A DNA stretch of 14,272 nucleotides from positions 1 to 14,272 of the forward strand of contig JBLIRN010000069.1 of assembly GCA_049472315.1 (NCBI GenBank), read 5' to 3'. The DNA is from a bacterium (lineage in GTDB: Bacteria > SZUA-182 > DTGQ01 > JAFGSM01). Below are positions 8,444 to 14,272 of this stretch, one piece after another. The translations under genes and the position numbers were made by a program. Each line of letters begins with the position of its first letter. Positions within the stretch are counted from its first letter, which is position 1. Under the pieces are notes generated by a model, which was not told the origin of the DNA, did not search any database, and was given only the letters and a program-made list of their open reading frames with translations.

Positions 8444-9400
8444 TCATGTAGGAGGCTGAGAGCGGGATTTCCGTCGGATTACCCCTCTCGTTGCTTCGAT
8501 GATATCCCGAACCCCAAGACAAAACCGCTCCATCAATTCATCGGGCTTGCCGGAAACGCCGAAACAGTCTCGCACCCCTATCCTTTTCATAGGGCATGGG
8601 TGATCGGATTCGACGACCAGTTCCGCCACGGCGCTCCCCAAACCGCCGATTATGGAATGCTCCTCGGCGGTGACGATGGCGCCGGTGTCACGGGCCGCAT
8701 CGATGATGGCCTGCATGTCTATGGGTTTTATGGTGGACATATTCAACACGCGAACCGAGATTCCTTCCCTCTCCAGCGTCTCTGCCGCCTCCAGCGCCTT
8801 TGAAACCATGATTCCGATGGCGATAATGGTCGCATGGGTACCATCCCTGAGCATGCTTGCCTTGCCCAGCTCGAATCGATAGGCATCGTCGTAGATTACG
8901 GGAAATTTGCACCGTGCGAGCCTGACATAGACAGGTCCCTTACGTCGGGCCACCGCCTCGATCACCTGCGCGGTCTCTATACCGTCCGCTGGACAGATAA
9001 CGGTCATACCGGGCAACACCCTCATAAGGGCGATATCCTCGTTCGCATGGTGGGTGGCGCTGTCCTCACCTACGGTGATTCCCGCGTGTGTGGAGACCAG
9101 TTTGACATTCTGCTCCGAATAGCACACGGATTGACGAACCTGATCCCATGCCCGGCCGGTTAAAAAAACGGCAAAGGTGCTTACAAAGGGGATCTTTCCG
9201 CAACTGGCCAGACCGGCAGCGGTGGAAATCATATCCTGCTCGGCGATTCCCATGTTGAAAAAACGGTCCGGAAACGCGCATGCGAACTTACAGGTACGCG
9301 TTGACGCCGAAAGATCGGCATCCAGCACCACGATGTTTGTATCCCGCTCCCCGAGCTTCACCAGGGTATCACCATAAACATCCCGTGTACCAAGCATCAT
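8444..9400 (-). CDS. Transketolase, C-terminal subunit (pyrimidine-binding plus C-terminal domain)
   Basis: LDADLS, RFFNMGIAEQ, STFAVF, GEDSATHH, GPVYVRL, TAEEHSIIGGLGSAVAE. It overlaps the stop codon of the N-terminal subunit gene. Confidence 0.93.
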   Translation of the reverse strand: MMLGTRDVYGDTLVKLGERDTNIVVLDADLSASTRTCKFACAFPDRFFNMGIAEQDMISTAAGLASCGKIPFVSTFAVFLTGRAWDQVRQSVCYSEQNVKLVSTHAGITVGEDSATHHANEDIALMRVLPGMTVICPADGIETAQVIEAVARRKGPVYVRLARCKFPVIYDDAYRFELGKASMLRDGTHATIIAIGIMVSKALEAAETLEREGISVRVLNMSTIKPIDMQAIIDAARDTGAIVTAEEHSIIGGLGSAVAELVVESDHPCPMKRIGVRDCFGVSGKPDELMERFCLGVRDIIEATRGVIRRKSRSQPPT

Positions 9401-10305
9401 TCTGCATCCCCTCCGCGTGTTAGTTCGGCAAGCGCGCGTTCAAGCTCCTCGGATGACGGGGCCACGCCGTGATATTCAACCTTGTTCTCCATGAATGAGA
9501 CACCCTTTCCCTTCACGGTATGGCAGATGATCATGGAGGGTTTGCCCTTTACATCCTCCGCCCGGTCAAGAGCCATCCGTATCTCCTCGACATCATGGCC
9601 GTTCACCTGGCAGGTGGACCAGCCGAAGGCCTGCCATTTGGCCTCCAATGGTTCCACGCCCATGATGTCACACAGGGCACCATCTATCTGGAGCTTGTTA
9701 AAATCGACGAGCGCGCAGAGATTATCCAGGTGATAATGGGCGGCAGACATGGCGGCCTCCCATACCTGCCCCTCCTGGTTTTCGCCGTCACCCAGCAGCG
9801 TGTATACCCGATAGGATTTCTTGTCCAGTTTTCCGGCCATGGCCATACCGTTAGCCACAGAGAGCCCCTGTCCCAGCGATCCGGTTGAAATCTCGATGCC
9901 GGGGGTGGTGCAGTTATAGGGATGCCCCTGCAGCCTCCCGCACACACACCTGAGCGTATTCAAGTCAGCGGGATCAAAATATCCCTGTTGAGCCAAAATC
10001 ACATAGAGGGCCGGAGCACCATGCCCTTTGGAGAGAACGAACCGATCCCGGTCGGGCCATTCGGGTTCTTTGGGATTGTGACGCATCTTCCCGTAATACA
10101 GAGCCAGCAGAATCTCGACGCAGGAGAGGGAGCCACCGGTATGACCGGACCCGGCCTTCGCCAAGATCTTGAGGATCTCCCTGCGTGCCTCATCACCGAG
10201 TCTCCCCCAGTCCGGTGCGATGTCAAGCATCTTCTTGTGTTTCATTAGATCCCTGCTGGTATCGTGCTCAATATCCTCGATGTTGCAACCCATGCCACCA
10301 AGCAT
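9397..10305 (-). CDS. Transketolase, N-terminal (TPP-binding) subunit
   Basis: GHTGGSLS, DRFVLSKGH, LQGHP, STGSLGQG, TPP motif GDGE...EG.VWEA...N, KGKGVSFME and HG. The start is uncertain: ATG 10305 and ATG 10245 both have AGGGA SD-like sites. Confidence 0.93.
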   Translation of the reverse strand: MLGGMGCNIEDIEHDTSRDLMKHKKMLDIAPDWGRLGDEARREILKILAKAGSGHTGGSLSCVEILLALYYGKMRHNPKEPEWPDRDRFVLSKGHGAPALYVILAQQGYFDPADLNTLRCVCGRLQGHPYNCTTPGIEISTGSLGQGLSVANGMAMAGKLDKKSYRVYTLLGDGENQEGQVWEAAMSAAHYHLDNLCALVDFNKLQIDGALCDIMGVEPLEAKWQAFGWSTCQVNGHDVEEIRMALDRAEDVKGKPSMIICHTVKGKGVSFMENKVEYHGVAPSSEELERALAELTRGGDAE

Positions 10306-10393
10306 TGTTTTTCCCTTATTCGTTGAATGTATCCTGGCAGTTTACCGATGGAGCCCATGTTTGCCGCAATAGCCGTACATCGTCCTCCGTGCA

Positions 10394-10627
10394 TTATTCA
10401 ACAAGCTCCAACACATACCGTCTCCCGTTCTTGCCACCGACGCTCGCGAGGATGCTTCTGATTGCGGTGATGGTTCTCCCATTCCTGCCGATCACCTTAC
10501 CAAGGTCCCCCTCGGCAACGCTCACTTCCAGTATCACCGTCTGATCCCCATCGATCTCACTGACTTTAACTTGTTCAGGGTTATCCACAATAGCCTTCAC
10601 AATCTCCTGAAGCACCTCTTTTATCAT
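10394..10627 (-). CDS. khpA: KH-domain RNA-binding protein (KhpA/YlqC, UPF0109 family)
   Basis: 77 aa with IVDNPEQV and DLGKVIGRNGRTITAIR (GxxG loop). GAGGGGAG SD upstream. Confidence 0.9.
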   Translation of the reverse strand: MIKEVLQEIVKAIVDNPEQVKVSEIDGDQTVILEVSVAEGDLGKVIGRNGRTITAIRSILASVGGKNGRRYVLELVE

Positions 10628-10648
10628 TTCTCTCCCCTCACTCTTTGA

Positions 10649-10657
10649 ATTATATCA
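10649..10657 (-). promoter_or_regulatory. Extended -10 promoter (TGnTATAAT) for khpA and possibly downstream genes
   Basis: Minus strand TGATATAAT is a perfect extended -10, about 21 nt upstream of the khpA ATG and just ahead of its SD. Confidence 0.6.
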
Positions 10658-10698
10658 CAAAGGGATAAAGCATATCGTCTATCAACACGTGATCCATG

Positions 10699-10720
10699 TA
10701 TAGAACAAGTTATAGAACAA
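10699..10720. repeat. Direct repeat TATAGAACAA x2 (12-bp period)
   Basis: TATAGAACAA at 10699-10708 and 10711-10720 in the mazG-khpA gap. Confidence 0.8.
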
Positions 10721-10734
10721 TAACGCCGATGTTG

Positions 10735-11541
10735 TCAAGATATTTTGGCCTTTACCTCCTCCCAGATCAGGTCCAATGAATGTATATCGAGTTCGCTCAT
10801 CGTTGTGCCTCGTTCATTGACCACCCGCTCCATCGCCTGAAAACGCTCGATGAACCGCCGTACCGTCCTTCTCAAGGCGCCCTCCGGATCAATTCCGAGG
10901 AATCTGCTGATATTGACCATGGTAAAAAGCACATCGCCGAGTTCGTCCTCGATTTTTTTGGGATCCGTGCCTGCCACGGCTTCACGAAATTCTCCGATCT
11001 CCTCGTCAAGCTTCACCATCACCTCGTCCAGCCGCTGCCAATCAAAACCGACCCGCGATGCCTTTGCCTGCACCCGATGGGCATAGGTCATACTGGGCAG
11101 TCCCTTGGGAATACCATTCAAGACCGAGGAGTGAACATCCCCGGCGTTCCTTCCCCTTTTCCCCTCCGCTTCCTCCATCCGCTTTATCTCTTCCCACCTG
11201 GCCAATACCTCGGATGGCTGACTGGCCGTATCATCTGAAAAAACATGGGGATGTCGACGGATCATCTTTTCGGATATCGTGGTCAGGATACGGGCGATGT
11301 CGAATGTGCCCTGTTCCTTTCCGATCTGTGCCAGAAAAATGATCTGAAACAGCAGATCGCCGAGTTCTTCCTGTATCTTGTGCGGATCACCTTCCTCAAT
11401 GGCCTCGATAACCTCATGACACTCTTCGATCAGGAAAGGCTTGAGGGACTCGATGGTCTGTTCCCGATCCCAGGGGCATCCCCCTTCTCCACGCAGACGG
11501 CTCATGATCGATAGAAGTTCCTGAAACAGGCGGTTTTCCAT
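10735..11541 (-). CDS. mazG: Nucleoside triphosphate pyrophosphohydrolase MazG (tandem domain)
   Basis: LRGEGGCPWDREQT, IEECHEV, EELGDLLFQ, KMIRRHPHVF, WEEIK, KASRVGFDW, EDELGDVLF and F..RF..ME. Confidence 0.96.
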   Translation of the reverse strand: MENRLFQELLSIMSRLRGEGGCPWDREQTIESLKPFLIEECHEVIEAIEEGDPHKIQEELGDLLFQIIFLAQIGKEQGTFDIARILTTISEKMIRRHPHVFSDDTASQPSEVLARWEEIKRMEEAEGKRGRNAGDVHSSVLNGIPKGLPSMTYAHRVQAKASRVGFDWQRLDEVMVKLDEEIGEFREAVAGTDPKKIEDELGDVLFTMVNISRFLGIDPEGALRRTVRRFIERFQAMERVVNERGTTMSELDIHSLDLIWEEVKAKIS

Positions 11542-11546
11542 ACGGT

Positions 11547-11576
11547 ATTATACCCTAAACAGACCTTATTTCACAA
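11547..11576 (-). promoter_or_regulatory. Sigma70-type promoter of mazG (TTGTGA-N18-TATAAT)
   Basis: Perfect TATAAT at 11552-11547, only 5 nt before the mazG ATG; TTGTGA at 11576-11571. Confidence 0.6.
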
Positions 11577-11645
11577 CCCACCGCCGCAATGAACGATCCC
11601 TGCACTGACCGGTCTCCCATCCAAGGCGACCATTCACGGCCATCC

Positions 11646-11674
11646 TTGACAACATGGCTGTTTCTTGTTATTTT
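11646..11674 (+). promoter_or_regulatory. Sigma70-type promoter P1 of hrcA-grpE-dnaK
   Basis: TTGACA-N17-TATTTT with a TG extension (TGnTATTTT). The predicted +1 near 11681 abuts the CIRCE. Confidence 0.7.
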
Positions 11675-11682
11675 TTGCGACG

Positions 11683-11709
11683 TTAGCACTCGTTACATGA
11701 AAGTGCTAA
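11683..11709. promoter_or_regulatory. CIRCE element (HrcA operator)
   Basis: TTAGCACTC-GTTACATGA-AAGTGCTAA versus consensus TTAGCACTC-N9-GAGTGCTAA (one mismatch), upstream of hrcA. Confidence 0.96.
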
Positions 11710-11737
11710 TGCATCACTATCCATCCGGCACAATTTT

Positions 11738-11766
11738 TTGAAAAAAAATCCATTCGGTATTATATT
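11738..11766 (+). promoter_or_regulatory. Possible second sigma70-type promoter P2 of the hrcA operon
   Basis: TTGAAA-N17-TATATT, downstream of the CIRCE. Confidence 0.45.
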
Positions 11767-11866
11767 ATGAAGGTGTTCGTAAGAGCTAAGGTCCAGTACT
11801 GCACACGATTGTGTGCGGGCCGGCCATTCCGGTGTCAATTGACCCTGATACCCTATAAAAAGGAAC

Positions 11867-12925
11867 ATGACGCGTATGGAACAATCAAGGATCTTGACAG
11901 AAAGGGAAATACTCATCTTTCTTACGCTGGTGTCCCACTATATCAATCATTTTGAACCGGTGGGATCGCGCACCCTGAGCAGGAAGCTCGATGTGGACTG
12001 GTCTCCGGCCACAATCCGAAATATCATGGCCGACCTGGAGGAAAAGGGATTTCTGACCCATCCCCATACCTCAGCGGGACGAGTGCCCACGGAAAAGGGA
12101 TATCGCTTCTTTGTGGATCATCTCATGGCATGCCTGAACAAGGAGGCGGAGCCGTGCGGGACCGAGCAGTACCTGCTATCCATACTGTTTCAAATCAAGG
12201 AACGGGCAGCCATGCTCTCCAAGATATCCTCGATACTCTCGGAGCTGTCGCGGTATATGGGTATTGTAACGGTGCCTAAACAATCCCAGCTTACCCTTCA
12301 ACATATCGATTTTGTGTCTATGGGCGGGCGCCAGTGCATGGTCATCTTCGTGTCTCAATCCGGACTGGTGTTCAATCGCATGGTGGAGATGGAGGAGATC
12401 ATCCCCCAGGAACAGCTCGACAAGATGTCGCGCTATGTCAACGATCAATTCGAGGGGCTCAGCCTCTCCGAGATCAAGGCCAAGATACACCAGCTTATGT
12501 CGGATGAAAAATTTCTCTATGCTCAGTTCGAGCGTCAGTCCATTCAGATGAGTAAGAATGCCATCGAACAGGAGGAGACGTGCGACGTGTACGTGGATGG
12601 CTGGGTAAATATCCTGGACCAGCCGGATTTTGCCGACCTGAAGAAGATGCGATCCTTCCTTGATACCGTGGAAGAAAAGGAGCGGTTGATCCGGATCATG
12701 GATTCCTTTGAAGGGGAAGAAGGGGTCAAGGTCCTCATAGGTGCGGAAAATCCCGATCCACACCTGGCGGGCTGCAGTCTCGTTATGTCCCCGTATCAGA
12801 TTCGCCCGCGCGTGCGGGGTATGGTCGGGGTGATCGGTCCCACCCGCATGCGTTACCGGGAGGTCATCTGGACGGTCAATCAAATGGCCTTGACACTAAC
12901 CAGCATCTTTATGCAGATGCATTGA
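11867..12925 (+). CDS. hrcA: Heat-inducible transcription repressor HrcA
   Basis: EPVGSRTL, SPATIRNIMADLEEKGFLTHPHTSAGRVPTEKGYRFFVD, VLIGAEN and GVIGPTRMRY. AAGGA SD; CIRCE upstream. Confidence 0.97.
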   Translation: MTRMEQSRILTEREILIFLTLVSHYINHFEPVGSRTLSRKLDVDWSPATIRNIMADLEEKGFLTHPHTSAGRVPTEKGYRFFVDHLMACLNKEAEPCGTEQYLLSILFQIKERAAMLSKISSILSELSRYMGIVTVPKQSQLTLQHIDFVSMGGRQCMVIFVSQSGLVFNRMVEMEEIIPQEQLDKMSRYVNDQFEGLSLSEIKAKIHQLMSDEKFLYAQFERQSIQMSKNAIEQEETCDVYVDGWVNILDQPDFADLKKMRSFLDTVEEKERLIRIMDSFEGEEGVKVLIGAENPDPHLAGCSLVMSPYQIRPRVRGMVGVIGPTRMRYREVIWTVNQMALTLTSIFMQMH

Positions 12926-12946
12926 TCAAAGGGGGGTGAAAACTCG

Positions 12947-13558
12947 ATGGTCGTATCCGAGGATCACACTATGGATCCATCCGAGAAACATGCGGAATCT
13001 TCTCGCCAGGGAAGCCCTGGAACCGAAGAGATTCACACAGGAGGTGAGGTGGCGTCCTTATCAAGGGAACTTGCTGCGGAAAGGGAAAAGAACAAGGAAT
13101 TGTATGACAAGCATCTCCGCTTGCATGCCGAATTCGAAAATTTCAAAAAAAGGATGGAACGGGAGAAGTGTGAATATTACAAATACGCCCTCGAACGGCT
13201 GGTAAAGGACCTGCTCCCCGTGTTCGACCATCTGGAACTTGCCATAAAGTCAGCGGAAGAATCCAAGGATTTCGAGCGCTTCTCCGAAGGGATCAAACTG
13301 ATCCATAAGCAGCTCAAGGACACCCTTGAAAAGGAGGGACTCACTTACGAATGCGCGGTGGGGGAGCGATTCGATCCGTGCAAGCACGAGGCGATGATGC
13401 ATTTGGAGACGGATGCGCACGAACCGAACATGGTCATGGAAGAACACAAGAAAGGGTATTTTTTGAACGACCGCCTTATCAGACCGGCCATGGTCACCGT
13501 GGCCAAAAGGCCCGAGGGAAAGAAGACGCCGGAAGGCGGGCATGGCCAAAAGCGATAG
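12947..13558 (+). CDS. grpE: Nucleotide exchange factor GrpE
   Basis: LRLHAEFENFKKR, LLPVFDHLELA, GERFDP..HEAM and KGYFLNDRLIRPAMVTV. Lies between hrcA and dnaK. Confidence 0.96.
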   Translation: MVVSEDHTMDPSEKHAESSRQGSPGTEEIHTGGEVASLSRELAAEREKNKELYDKHLRLHAEFENFKKRMEREKCEYYKYALERLVKDLLPVFDHLELAIKSAEESKDFERFSEGIKLIHKQLKDTLEKEGLTYECAVGERFDPCKHEAMMHLETDAHEPNMVMEEHKKGYFLNDRLIRPAMVTVAKRPEGKKTPEGGHGQKR

Positions 13559-13560
13559 CG

Positions 13561-13580
13561 TGATACTATATGATACTATG
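13561..13580. repeat. Tandem decamer TGATACTATR x2
   Basis: TGATACTATA followed by TGATACTATG, just after the grpE stop. Confidence 0.75.
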
Positions 13581-13591
13581 CGATTACAAAA

Positions 13592-13760
13592 GAAACTGCG
13601 AATATCGAATGTAGAATGTAGAATGTAGAATGTAGAAGTGAAACATTCATGAGCCGGATGAAACTGCGAATATCGAATATCGAATGTAGAATGTAGAAGT
13701 GAAAGGGAAAGGGAAAGGGAAACGCACATGAGCCTTTGGCTCACAAAGAAGCATGAAAAT
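13592..13760. repeat. Composite two-unit heptamer tandem-repeat cassette
   Basis: Unit 1, 13592-13643: GAAACTGC-(GAATATC)1-(GAATGTA)4-GAAGTGAAA. Unit 2, 13660-13704: GAAACTGC-(GAATATC)2-(GAATGTA)2-GAAGTGAAA. Then (GGGAAA)3 at 13705-13722. Each unit is followed by CATGAGCC...ATGAAA. Hairpin TGAGCC-TTT-GGCTCA at 13729-13743. Confidence 0.92.
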
Positions 13761-13769
13761 GATTTTCAG
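13753..13769. promoter_or_regulatory. Perfect 7-1-7 palindrome, Fur-box-like, upstream of dnaK
   Basis: TGAAAAT-G-ATTTTCA at 13754-13768, about 45 nt before the dnaK ATG. Confidence 0.4.
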
Positions 13770-13813
13770 ATGAAATTACAAAGAGATCCTATAACAGGAG
13801 GGAGGAATAGTAG

Positions 13814-14272
13814 ATGGGAAAGGTCATCGGCATCGATCTTGGCACCACGAATTCATGCGTGGCTATCATGGAGGCGGGGGAACCGAAGGTCATTGAAAAT
13901 ACGGAAGGTAATCGGACAACCCCTTCCATTGTGGCCTTCACGGAAAAGAGTGAACGACTGGTGGGCCAGATCGCCAAACGCCAGGCAATCACCAACCCGA
14001 GCAATACCATATTCTCGGTCAAGCGGCTCATCGGCCGCCGCTTCGACAGTGACGAGGTCAAGAAGGCCATAAAGGTCCTTCCCTACAAAATCGCCCAGGG
14101 AAAACACGGCGAATGCGTGATCGAGGCTGTGGGGAAACAGTATACCCCCCCGGAGATTTCCGCGATGATTCTCCAGAAGATGAGGGAGACGGCGGAAAAC
14201 TACCTCGGTGAAAAGGTGAAGGATGCGGTGATCACCGTTCCGGCATACTTCAATGACAGTCAGAGACAGGCC
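13814..14272 (+). CDS. dnaK: Chaperone DnaK (Hsp70), 3'-truncated by the window end
   Basis: [17 protein letters not shown]...[12 protein letters not shown]...[13 protein letters not shown]...KRLIGR...[16 protein letters not shown]. Strong GGAGG SD. Absent from the ORF track because no stop falls within the window. Confidence 0.98.
   Translation, partial: MGKVIGIDLGTTNSCVAIMEAGEPKVIENTEGNRTTPSIVAFTEKSERLVGQIAKRQAITNPSNTIFSVKRLIGRRFDSDEVKKAIKVLPYKIAQGKHGECVIEAVGKQYTPPEISAMILQKMRETAENYLGEKVKDAVITVPAYFNDSQRQA

Noticed and set aside
8444..10305. Two-gene transketolase as a frameshifted pseudogene
   Set aside because: Split N/C-subunit transketolases are common in anaerobes and archaea. Both halves are intact and translationally coupled.
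13542..13628. 28-aa ORF MAKSDSVILY... overlapping the grpE end, superficially like a DnaJ or DnaK start
   Set aside because: Similarity is limited to about 3 residues and the ORF runs into the repeats. There is no support for a gene or pseudogene.
13592..13722. Repeats as a CRISPR array
   Set aside because: Only two units, built from internal 7-mers, with a 16-nt linker, no unique 30-40 nt spacers and no cas genes.
13250..14107. ORFs 13250-13744(-), 13728-14072(+), 13789-14070(-) and 13853-14107(-)
   Set aside because: They are low-complexity translations of the repeats, or out-of-frame/antisense shadows of grpE and dnaK.

Overview
Mostly core-genome bacterial DNA from a diderm, Desulfobacterota/deltaproteobacteria-like organism (inferred from gene order and motifs, not established). 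From left to right: (1) the 3' part of a probable outer-membrane beta-barrel gene (+); (2) a convergent sigma54 enhancer-binding protein with no N-terminal sensor domain, preceded by its own sigma54 -24/-12 promoter; (3) a long minus-strand run: mazG, an orphan KhpA-like KH protein, split transketolase (N and C subunits), ftsE-ftsX-envC, ctpA (S41 protease), a YibQ-like divergent polysaccharide deacetylase and tsaD; (4) a divergent, CIRCE-controlled hrcA-grpE-dnaK heat-shock operon, with dnaK cut by the window end. No rRNA, tRNA, CRISPR array or transposase was seen. The unusual signals are mainly non-coding. They are the sigma54-driven sensorless activator, a composite heptamer-repeat cassette between grpE and dnaK that ends in a perfect Fur-box-like palindrome, and an apparently leaderless mazG. 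I cannot support a clearly new multi-gene system here.
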